From the NCBI GenBank assembly GCA_910589185.1, contig CAJUSU010000001.1, positions 1,191 to 65,190 on the forward strand: a DNA stretch of 64,000 nucleotides, in the 5' to 3' direction. The position numbers and the translations under genes were made by a program. This DNA comes from an uncultured Clostridia bacterium. GTDB taxonomy: Bacteria; Bacillota; Clostridia; TANB77; CAG-508. Of this stretch, positions 37,015 through 44,178 are shown piece after piece; position 1 is the first letter of the stretch; each line of letters begins with the position of its first letter. The notes under the pieces were generated by a model. That model made no database searches. It had not been told where the DNA came from and saw nothing but the letters and a program-made list of their open reading frames with translations.

Positions 37015-37063
37015 TGTCAGTTTGGGGACGTTAGTTTAACTGACATCTGTCCCCTAACTGACA
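37015..37063 (+). repeat. Palindromic intergenic element, copy A (full-length, 49 nt). It begins at the first nt after the giant gene's TAG.
   Basis: TGTCAGTT-T-GGGGACGTTAGTTT-AACTGACA-TCT-GTCCCC-T-AACTGACA. Two alternative folds are possible: an inner 8-bp hairpin, or a 14/15-bp outer stem TGTCAGTTTGGGGAC/GTCCCCTAACTGACA. Confidence 0.85.
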
Positions 37064-37065
37064 TT

Positions 37066-37103
37066 CCTAGAAAAAGACGAGCGACGGCTCGTCTTTTTCT
37101 AGG
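37066..37103. terminator. Strong rho-independent terminator of the giant gene (perfect 17-bp stem, bidirectional A/T tracts)
   Basis: CCTAGAAAAAGACGAGC-GACG-GCTCGTCTTTTTCTAGG. Confidence 0.85.
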
Positions 37104-37120
37104 AATATTTTGTGAAACTC

Positions 37121-37149
37121 TTGCATAAAATATAAGTGTATGCTATAAT
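37121..37149 (+). promoter_or_regulatory. Consensus sigma-A promoter with an extended -10 that has no ORF immediately downstream
   Basis: TTGCAT (37121-37126), a 17-nt spacer ending in TGc, then TATAAT (37144-37149). Confidence 0.7.
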
Positions 37150-37155
37150 AATTAT

Positions 37156-37235
37156 AGCTTAAGCAAATAGCATAAGATTAGGTGCATAAAATAATCCCTC
37201 GTAGTTTGTTCCTACGAGGGGCTTTGCTATTTATG
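37156..37235 (+). ncRNA. Candidate small antisense RNA (type I antitoxin-like). It is convergent with the 30-aa ORF and overlaps that ORF's 3' end. The ends are inferred.
   Basis: It would start ~7 nt after the consensus promoter. It contains the hairpin CCCTCGTAG-tttgttc-CTACGAGGG followed by a U-rich tract. No ORF or RBS is present. Confidence 0.4.
37196..37220. terminator. Bidirectional hairpin terminator shared by the candidate sRNA (+) and the small ORF (-)
   Basis: CCCTCGTAG/CTACGAGGG is a 9-bp stem. The minus strand continues ATTATTTTAT and the plus strand continues GCTTTGCTATTTAT. Confidence 0.6.
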
Positions 37236-37319
37236 TAAGTTTTCTATTAACTCTATTACTAGAGTAATAACATTAACTACAATAGCGATTATCTTTAGTA
37301 GAATTTTTATTAGGTACAT
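37227..37319 (-). CDS. 30-aa hydrophobic peptide MYLIKILLKIIAIVVNVITLVIELIENLHK (type I toxin-like small membrane protein)
   Basis: The RBS GGAGAAAGGAGG lies 9 nt upstream of the ATG at 37319. The peptide is a single TM-length hydrophobic helix with a charged C-terminus. The terminator hairpin follows directly after the stop. The 60-aa ORF-track entry (37227..37409) is an upstream extension of the same frame with no RBS. Confidence 0.55.
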   Translation of the reverse strand: MYLIKILLKIIAIVVNVITLVIELIENLHK

Positions 37320-37367
37320 TGTACTTTGCCTCCTTTCTCCAAGATTTCCTTGAAAAAGGATAATAAT

Positions 37368-37396
37368 AGTATAGCCCATATTTACTATAAAGACAA
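37368..37396 (-). promoter_or_regulatory. Candidate promoter for the 30-aa ORF
   Basis: The minus strand reads TTGTCT, a 17-nt spacer, then TATACT. The ~40-nt 5'UTR can fold CCUUUUUC/GAGAAAGG, which occludes part of the SD. Confidence 0.35.
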
Positions 37397-37445
37397 TATT
37401 TATTAACAAAAATAAGAAAATTTGTTTTGATAAGGAGAAAATAAA

Positions 37446-38216
37446 ATGATAGCATTAGTCACAGGAGCCTCATCAGGAATAGGAAAAGACATTGCTAGAG
37501 AATTAGCAAAGAGAAAATATGATATAATTGCAGTTGCTAGAAATGAAGGAGCATTAAAGGAAGTAAAAGCAGAATTAGAACAAGAATATGACATAAAAGT
37601 AGATATAAGAAGCATGGACTTAATTGATAGAGATGGCTGTAGAAAATTACATGAAGACGTACAAACACAATATGAAACTATAGACATATTAGTCAATAAC
37701 GCAGGATTTGGAACCTGTGGCGAATTTACCAAAACTGACTTAGACAAAGAATTAGGAATGATAGATACTAACATCGTAGCACTTCATATCTTAACCAAAC
37801 TATTTTTAAGAGATATGGTAAAAGAGAATAAAGGGCGTATCTTAAATGTAGCCTCTATTGCAGGCTTTATGCCGGGCCCCCTTATGGCAACCTATTATTC
37901 TACGAAAGCCTATGTGGTAAGGTTAACGCAAAGTATTAGGCAAGAACTATTTATGCAAAAATCCAAGGTGAAAATAAGTTGTTTATGTCCGGGACCAGTT
38001 AAAACTAATTTCAATAAAGTAGCAGATGTAAAATTTAATTTGTTAGAGGCAGATAGTGGAAAAGTTGCAAAATGTGCAGTAAAGCGTATGTTCAAAAATA
38101 GAATTCTAATCTTTCCAGGATTTTTTGTATGGATAGGAAGGCTACTTGCCAAAATATCTCCAGACCAAATTTGTGCATTTTTTTGCTACTTTGCACAAAA
38201 AAGGAAAATTCAATAA
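37446..38216 (+). CDS. Short-chain dehydrogenase/reductase (SDR) family oxidoreductase
   Basis: TGASSGIGKDIA (TGxxxGxG), NNAG and the YSTKAY (YxxxK) catalytic motif are present. The RBS is AAGGAGAAAA. Confidence 0.9.
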   Translation: MIALVTGASSGIGKDIARELAKRKYDIIAVARNEGALKEVKAELEQEYDIKVDIRSMDLIDRDGCRKLHEDVQTQYETIDILVNNAGFGTCGEFTKTDLDKELGMIDTNIVALHILTKLFLRDMVKENKGRILNVASIAGFMPGPLMATYYSTKAYVVRLTQSIRQELFMQKSKVKISCLCPGPVKTNFNKVADVKFNLLEADSGKVAKCAVKRMFKNRILIFPGFFVWIGRLLAKISPDQICAFFCYFAQKRKIQ

Positions 38217-38266
38217 TGCCGCGTGAGGGACGTTAGTTTGTACGACATCCGTCCCTGAGTGCGACA
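38217..38266 (+). repeat. Palindromic intergenic element, copy B (full-length variant, 50 nt). It begins at the first nt after the SDR TAA.
   Basis: TGCCGCGT-GA-GGGACGTTAGTTT-GTACGACA-TCC-GTCCC-TGA-GTGCGACA, followed by TTATTTTTT. It lies between convergent genes. Confidence 0.8.
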
Positions 38267-38273
38267 TTATTTT

Positions 38274-38975
38274 TTAGTTTCTTCTTTTTCCAAATAAAGA
38301 TAGAACTCGGAGGAAAATGTTAATGAAGTCTAAATATAATTCCATAGCGCCATAAACATATAGTTTTTCAGACTCACAAAAGCCCTCTTCACCCATTCTT
38401 TTAATTTTATTCATATCATAAACTGTTAATCCAAAGAAAATAGCTAAAATTGCCCAATCCAAAGCAATGTCTAATGTTGAACTTCTAAGGAAAAGATTAA
38501 TAACTGTCAAAACAAGTCCTATTACAAGTGCAACTGTTAAAACAGTTCCCCAGCTTGATATATCTTTTTCTGTTTTATATCCTAGAAAAGCTAAAGCTCC
38601 AAATAAAGCAGCAGTACCAAAGAAAGCATAGGCAATAGAGCTTAATTCAAATGCTGCAAAAATAACGGATAGGGTAAAGCCATTTAAAAATGCATAAGCA
38701 AAAAACAGAACTGTAACAGCTGTAGGAGATAGTTTTCTAAACATAAGAGAGAAAACTAAAACTACAATTACTTCGGCAATAGCTAAATAGAAAAAGCCAT
38801 TACTTAGAATAAGAGGGATATATAACCCTGAGTAGTAAGCAAAAGCAGCTGTAATACCACTTGCTAGTAATCCTAAAAACATTCTAAAAAATGTATTAGA
38901 AAGAACACCGTTCATATCCATAGTTTGAATAGGGTCATTGTTAATCTCATTGCTAGCATCATAATAATCCATCAT
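38274..38975 (-). CDS. BAX inhibitor-1/YccA family integral membrane protein
   Basis: About seven hydrophobic helices, with a family-typical N-terminal region and C-terminal ...YLDFINIFLRVLSLFG. The start was moved to the ATG at 38975 (MMDYYD...), which has RBS AGGTGGTGA 5 nt upstream. The ORF-track start at 38987 is a GTG inside that RBS. Confidence 0.8.
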   Translation of the reverse strand: MMDYYDASNEINNDPIQTMDMNGVLSNTFFRMFLGLLASGITAAFAYYSGLYIPLILSNGFFYLAIAEVIVVLVFSLMFRKLSPTAVTVLFFAYAFLNGFTLSVIFAAFELSSIAYAFFGTAALFGALAFLGYKTEKDISSWGTVLTVALVIGLVLTVINLFLRSSTLDIALDWAILAIFFGLTVYDMNKIKRMGEEGFCESEKLYVYGAMELYLDFINIFLRVLSLFGKRRN

Positions 38976-39092
38976 AAAAATCACCACCTTTAATATATAT
39001 CATAGCATATTAGATGAAATATATGCAATAGAAAAATAAAGTTAAAAAGTAATTTTATGATAAAGAAAAGCTGGAAAATTAGTTATAATAAG

Positions 39093-39121
39093 TTGACATA
39101 ATGTTAAAAATGCGATATAAT
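39093..39121 (+). promoter_or_regulatory. Consensus sigma-A promoter upstream of the CAP-domain gene
   Basis: TTGACA (39093-39098), a 17-nt spacer, then TATAAT (39116-39121). Confidence 0.65.
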
Positions 39122-39164
39122 ATAATCGTTGTTTGTCAAAAGAGAATAAAAAAGCGCAAATAAA

Positions 39165-39197
39165 CAAATACTAAATGTTAAAAACATTAAGTATTTG
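39165..39197. promoter_or_regulatory. 33-nt near-perfect palindrome in the ~220-nt leader of the CAP-domain gene (operator or RNA hairpin)
   Basis: CAAATACTAAATGTT-aaa-AACATTAAGTATTTG, with 14 of 15 positions complementary. Confidence 0.5.
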
Positions 39198-39348
39198 TAA
39201 AATTTGCATAACTATATTGTAAGGAGCTTTTTAACGCTACGCGGTAAAAATTCCAACAGTATAGAAATTTACAAGGGATAAAATAATTAAACACACAAAA
39301 CTTAGGAAAAAAATATAGAAAAGAGAGATTTTTAAGGGATGTGCAAAC

Positions 39349-39891
39349 ATGAAAAAAATGAGAAGGCAACTTCTTACTGTTTTATTCTTTGTGATTTTTA
39401 TTTTGATGGAAAGTATTTCGCTCGCGACATTTCAAAATGCAAGAGTAGAAGAATTAGATAAAGAAGAAAGAATACAAGAAATGATAATACAAACAGTAGA
39501 ATTATCACAAGAAGAACAAGAAGTATTAGAGCTAGTAAATCAATATAGAAAGCAGAATGGACTAGAAGTATTAAAACCATTAGCTAAGTTACAGCAAACA
39601 GCAAAATTAAAAGCAAAAGATTTAGTTGAAAATGAATATTTTTCACATAGTTCTGAACAATTAGGAACTCCATTTGAAATGCTAAAAGCGAATCAAGTAG
39701 ATTATGATATAGCAGGAGAGAACTTAGCAGGAAACATGACGTCAAAGAAAGCAGTAGAATCTTGGATAAATTCTAAAACACATAGAGAGAACATTCTAGA
39801 AGAAAGATTTAATTATACAGGAGTATGTGTGATAGAAAGTCCTGTTTATGGAAAAATATTTGTACAATTATTTATTGGAATAGAAGAATAG
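39349..39891 (+). CDS. Secreted CAP/SCP/PR-1 superfamily protein (YkwD-like)
   Basis: An N-terminal signal sequence is present. Family-typical motifs seen: 'VNQYRKQNGL..L.....L...A..KA.D...N.YFSH', 'GENLA' and 'W..S..HR.NIL'. Confidence 0.8.
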   Translation: MKKMRRQLLTVLFFVIFILMESISLATFQNARVEELDKEERIQEMIIQTVELSQEEQEVLELVNQYRKQNGLEVLKPLAKLQQTAKLKAKDLVENEYFSHSSEQLGTPFEMLKANQVDYDIAGENLAGNMTSKKAVESWINSKTHRENILEERFNYTGVCVIESPVYGKIFVQLFIGIEE

Positions 39892-39947
39892 AGAATAAAG
39901 TACAACTTAAATATTACAAAAACTTTACAATTTTGTTACAAAATGCC

Positions 39948-39977
39948 TTGACAGCCAGTACAAGACTATGATATAAT
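39948..39977 (+). promoter_or_regulatory. Dedicated sigma-A promoter for rpoB-rpoC (extended -10)
   Basis: TTGACA (39948-39953), an 18-nt spacer ending in TGa, then TATAAT (39972-39977). It lies ~310 nt upstream of rpoB. Confidence 0.65.
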
Positions 39978-40051
39978 TTGACACAATAAATTAAAGGTGG
40001 ATGGAATGGTTGTTAATACAAATTTAGCGATAAAATAAACAAGATAAAACC

Positions 40052-40090
40052 CAGTTGGTAAACATAAATGTGCCAACTGCGTTTTTGTTG
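40052..40090 (+). terminator. Intrinsic terminator/attenuator inside the rpoB leader
   Basis: CAGTTGG-14 nt-CCAACTG followed by CGTTTTTGTTG. Confidence 0.55.
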
Positions 40091-40288
40091 TCTGCCAGAA
40101 AATTCATCACTTACTTATATCAAATCAATAAAAAGAGGAATTGTTCTAATTTAGCTTACGGAAATAATGCTTTGGGAGCAGAAAGCAAAAATTTTAGTAA
40201 ACCTATCTTAGAAGCAAGAAGGACTTTTTATTGGAATTTATATTCTTTATATTTTCAATCTGCTTAATTTAATTTAGGGGTGATTCTT

Positions 40289-43200
40289 TTGTTAAAAGAA
40301 ATTAAGCACGAGAAATGTTCTCGTAAGACCTTTGCTAAAATTGGTGATTCTATCGAAATGCCAAATTTAATCAAAGTTCAAAAAGATTCTTATGATTGGT
40401 TTGTAGAAGAAGGGCTTGGAGAAGTATTAAGAGATATTTCACCAATCATCGATTACTCTGGAAACCTAGTACTTGAATTCTTAGATTACTACATGGAAGA
40501 AAAAACAAAATACACATTGGAAGAAGCAAAAGAGCGTGATGCAACATACTCTACTAGATTACACGTAAAAGTAAGACTTATCAATCGTGAAACAGGTGAA
40601 ATCAAAGAGCAAGTGATTTACTTAGGTGATTTCCCATTAATGACAGATAGTGGTACTTTTATTATCAATGGTGCAGAGAGAGTAGTCGTTAGTCAGTTAG
40701 TTCGTTCACCAGGTTGCTACTATGCATCAGAATTTGATAGCAAAACAGGAAGAAAGATTTATACTTCTACTGTTATGCCTATTCGTGGTGCTTGGATTGA
40801 ATATGAAACAGACGGAAACGATGTATTTTATGCCAGAGTAGATAGAACCAGAAAAATTCCAGTTACGACTTTATTAAAGGCCATTGGAATTGTAACAGAT
40901 GAACAAATTTTACAATTATTTGGAGAAGAAAATAAATTAAAAGAAACTCTTCAAAAGGATCCAATTAAAACACAGGATGAGGCTTTAATTGAAATCTATA
41001 AAAAATTAAGACCAGGAGAACTTCCAACAGCAGATGCTGCTAGAAACTTATTCAATGGATTATTCTTTGATCCAAGAAGATATGATTTAGCAAAAGTAGG
41101 AAGATATAAATTCAATAAGAAATTAAGCCTAGCAACTAGAATTACAGGAAGAATTGCATTTGCTGATATTATTGACCCAGAAACAGGGGAAGTATTAGCA
41201 GAGAAAGATACTATGATTACAGAAGACGTAGCTATTGCTATTCAAAACTCTGGAATCAACAGCGTTGATGTTAAAGTAGAAGACAAACCAGTTAAAGTAA
41301 TTGGTAATGGAACAGTGAATATTCATGAAATGTTACCAAATGTAAAATTAAGTGATTTACATATTAGAGAAATGGTAAGTTATCCAGTTCTAAAATCTAT
41401 TATTGACACAACAGCAGAAAAAGATTTACATGATGTCATCCAAGAACGTATTGACGAATTGATACCAAAATATATTACAAATGAAGATATTTTGGCTTCT
41501 ATTAGTTATTTATTAAACTTAGAACATGGACTTGGAAATGTAGATGATATTGACCATTTAGGAAATCGTCGTATTCGTTGTGTGGGAGAGTTGTTACAAA
41601 ACCAATTTAGAATTGGTTTAACAAGACTCGAAAGAGTTGTTCGTGAAAGAATGACAATTCAAGACTTAGATGTTATTACACCACAAACATTAATTAACAC
41701 AAAACCAATTACATCATCTATCAGAGAGTTCTTTGGAAGTTCACAATTATCACAATTCATGGACCAAACCAACCCACTTTCTGAATTAACACATAAAAGA
41801 AGAATTTCAGCATTAGGACCTGGTGGACTTTCAAGAGAAAGAGCAGGTTTCGAGGTTCGTGATATTCACTATACTCACTATGGTAGACTTTGCCCAGTAG
41901 AATCTCCAGAAGGACCAAACATTGGACTTATCTCAGCATTATCTTCTTTTGCGATTATCAATGAGCATGGATTTGTAGAGACACCATATCGTAAAATAGA
42001 TCATGAAACTGGCAAAATAACAGATGAAATTATCTATATGCCAGCAGATGAGGAAGATAAATATATTATTGCACAAGCATCTGAACCATTAGATGAAGAG
42101 GGAAGATTTGTGAATGAAAGAATTCGTGTACGTCATAGAGAAGAAATCACAATGGTGGACAAAGCACAAGTTGATTTTGTAGACGTATCACCAAAACAAT
42201 TAGTATCTGTTGCAGCAGCTATGATTCCATTCTTAGAGCACGACGACGTAAAACGTTCTCTAATGGGTTCAAACATGCAACGTCAAGCAGTTCCACTATT
42301 AACAACTGATTCACCAATTGTAGGAACTGGTATGGAATATAGAGCAGCAAGAGATTCAGGAATTACTGTTTTAGCAAAGAATGAAGGTATTGTTGAAAAA
42401 GTAACAGGTGACGAAATTCAAATTAGAACCAAGAAAGACGAATTAGATATTTATCATTTAAGAAAATTCAAACGTACCAATGGTGGTACTTGTATTAACC
42501 AAAGACCAGTGGTATCTGTTGGGGAAAAGGTAAAAGAAGGAGAACTTATTGCAGATGGACCAGCTACCCAAAATGGAGAGATGGCATTAGGAAAGAACGT
42601 ACTAATTGCTTTCACAACTTGGGAAGGATACAACTACGAGGATGCAGTTTTAATTAGTGAAAGACTAGTAAAAGAAGATGTATATACTTCTATCCACATT
42701 GAAGAATATGATTGCGAATGCCGTGATACAAAATTAGGACCAGAAGAAATCACTCGTGATATTCCAAATGTCGGTGATGACAGCTTAAAAGACTTAGATG
42801 AAAATGGAATTATCCGTATTGGTGCAGAAGTTAGACCAGGAGATATTTTAGTTGGTAAAGTTACTCCAAAAGGAGAAACAGAACTAACAGCAGAAGAAAG
42901 ATTACTTCGTGCTATCTTTGGAGAAAAAGCGAGAGAAGTAAGAGATACTTCACTTCGTGTACCACATGGAGAGGCTGGAACCATCGTAGATGTTAAGATA
43001 TTTACAAGAGATAATTCAGATGAATTAGGACCAGGTGTTAACCAAGTGATCCGTTGCTATATTGCCACAAAGAGAAAAGTATCTGTTGGTGATAAAATGG
43101 CAGGACGTCACGGTAACAAAGGTGTTATCTCTCGTATTTTACCAGAAGAAGATATGCCATTCTTACCAGATGGAACACCAGTAGATATTGTATTAAATCC

Positions 43201-44053
43201 ATTAGGTGTACCTTCTCGTATGAACTTAGGTCAAGTATTAGAGGTTCACTTAGGTATGGCAGCAAGAGCTTTAGGATTTAAAGTAGCAACACCAGTATTT
43301 GATGGTGCAACAGACGCAGAAATTCAAGAATTATTAAAGAAGGCTGGACTTCGTGAAGATGGAAAAACAGTGGTATATGATGGAAGAACAGGAGAACCAT
43401 TTGATAGCCCAATTACAGTTGGTGTTATGTATATGTTAAAACTTCACCACTTAGTAGATGATAAGATTCACGCTCGTTCAACTGGACCATATTCATTAGT
43501 AACACAACAACCTTTAGGTGGTAAAGCACAATTTGGTGGACAACGTTTTGGAGAGATGGAAGTTTGGGCATTAGAGGCTTATGGTGCAGCTTACACACTA
43601 CAAGAAATGTTAACTGTTAAATCAGATGACGTTGTAGGACGTGTTAAGACTTATGAGTCTATTGTAAAAGGTGAAAATGTACCAGAACCAGGAGTACCAG
43701 AAGGATTTAAGGTATTGATTAAAGAACTTCAATCATTAGGATTAGATATACGTTTATTATCACCAGATAACCAAGAGTTAGAGCTAAAAGAAAATATTGA
43801 TGAAGGAATTGACTTCAATAGTATTGAAGATACTAAGAAATTTGCTGAAGAAGAAGCAGTTGTTGATGAAAATGAACTTGCAGATGGATATGCAGAAGAA
43901 ACTGAAGATATAGCTGACTTAGATGATCTTATGGATACAGACGAAGATAGCTTATTTGAAGATCTTGATGATGATGAAATTTTACTAGATGATACAGATT
44001 TGGGAGAAGATAATTTGTTAAATGACCAAGATTTGCTAGATGAGAATGAATAG
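40289..44053 (+). CDS. rpoB: DNA-directed RNA polymerase subunit beta
   Basis: The RpoB sequence is unmistakable ([15 protein letters not shown]..., [23 protein letters not shown]...). The start is set to TTG 40289, 6 nt after RBS AGGGGTGA. The ORF-track GTG at 40280 overlaps that RBS, so the start is uncertain by 9 nt. Confidence 0.95.
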   Translation: MLKEIKHEKCSRKTFAKIGDSIEMPNLIKVQKDSYDWFVEEGLGEVLRDISPIIDYSGNLVLEFLDYYMEEKTKYTLEEAKERDATYSTRLHVKVRLINRETGEIKEQVIYLGDFPLMTDSGTFIINGAERVVVSQLVRSPGCYYASEFDSKTGRKIYTSTVMPIRGAWIEYETDGNDVFYARVDRTRKIPVTTLLKAIGIVTDEQILQLFGEENKLKETLQKDPIKTQDEALIEIYKKLRPGELPTADAARNLFNGLFFDPRRYDLAKVGRYKFNKKLSLATRITGRIAFADIIDPETGEVLAEKDTMITEDVAIAIQNSGINSVDVKVEDKPVKVIGNGTVNIHEMLPNVKLSDLHIREMVSYPVLKSIIDTTAEKDLHDVIQERIDELIPKYITNEDILASISYLLNLEHGLGNVDDIDHLGNRRIRCVGELLQNQFRIGLTRLERVVRERMTIQDLDVITPQTLINTKPITSSIREFFGSSQLSQFMDQTNPLSELTHKRRISALGPGGLSRERAGFEVRDIHYTHYGRLCPVESPEGPNIGLISALSSFAIINEHGFVETPYRKIDHETGKITDEIIYMPADEEDKYIIAQASEPLDEEGRFVNERIRVRHREEITMVDKAQVDFVDVSPKQLVSVAAAMIPFLEHDDVKRSLMGSNMQRQAVPLLTTDSPIVGTGMEYRAARDSGITVLAKNEGIVEKVTGDEIQIRTKKDELDIYHLRKFKRTNGGTCINQRPVVSVGEKVKEGELIADGPATQNGEMALGKNVLIAFTTWEGYNYEDAVLISERLVKEDVYTSIHIEEYDCECRDTKLGPEEITRDIPNVGDDSLKDLDENGIIRIGAEVRPGDILVGKVTPKGETELTAEERLLRAIFGEKAREVRDTSLRVPHGEAGTIVDVKIFTRDNSDELGPGVNQVIRCYIATKRKVSVGDKMAGRHGNKGVISRILPEEDMPFLPDGTPVDIVLNPLGVPSRMNLGQVLEVHLGMAARALGFKVATPVFDGATDAEIQELLKKAGLREDGKTVVYDGRTGEPFDSPITVGVMYMLKLHHLVDDKIHARSTGPYSLVTQQPLGGKAQFGGQRFGEMEVWALEAYGAAYTLQEMLTVKSDDVVGRVKTYESIVKGENVPEPGVPEGFKVLIKELQSLGLDIRLLSPDNQELELKENIDEGIDFNSIEDTKKFAEEEAVVDENELADGYAEETEDIADLDDLMDTDEDSLFEDLDDDEILLDDTDLGEDNLLNDQDLLDENE

Positions 44054-44071
44054 TAAAATAATTTAATAGCC

Positions 44072-44143
44072 TTCACAAAGGAACTTAAGGCTTGACCAGA
44101 GGGAATTGCACAGCAGTGGATAAGCCTTAAGGAACATTGTGAA
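44072..44143 (+). promoter_or_regulatory. Long imperfect stem-loop in the rpoB-rpoC spacer (possible RNA processing or stability element)
   Basis: TTCACAA..CTTAAGGCTT (44072-44093) pairs with AAGCCTTAAG..TTGTGAA (44122-44143). This gives 10-bp and 7-bp helices separated by an internal loop. Confidence 0.45.
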
Positions 44144-44178
44144 AACCAAAAAAATAAATATAGTAGGGGGCTAAATTC

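Noticed and set aside
37015-37063. Whether the stop-codon-adjacent palindromic elements are integron attC sites
   Set aside because: The placement right after stop codons is attC-like, and GTTTAAC fits RYYYAAC. However, the arms are arranged ...GTT-loop-AAC..., the opposite of R''(RYYYAAC)...R'(GTTRRRY). Copy C lacks the GTT/AAC triplets altogether. No integron integrase or attI is present, and the flanking genes are core genes (dnaB, sortase, SDR).
37273-37774. Minus-strand ORFs 37273..37455 and 37403..37774 around the SDR start
   Set aside because: They are antisense to the well-supported SDR gene and its RBS, have no translation signals, and are not protein-like. Only the RBS-preceded 30-codon sub-ORF of 37227..37409 was retained.
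40055-40267. 70-aa + strand ORF in the rpoB leader
   Set aside because: It has no RBS, starts inside the attenuator hairpin, and its composition and sequence are not protein-like. It is more parsimoniously untranslated leader RNA.
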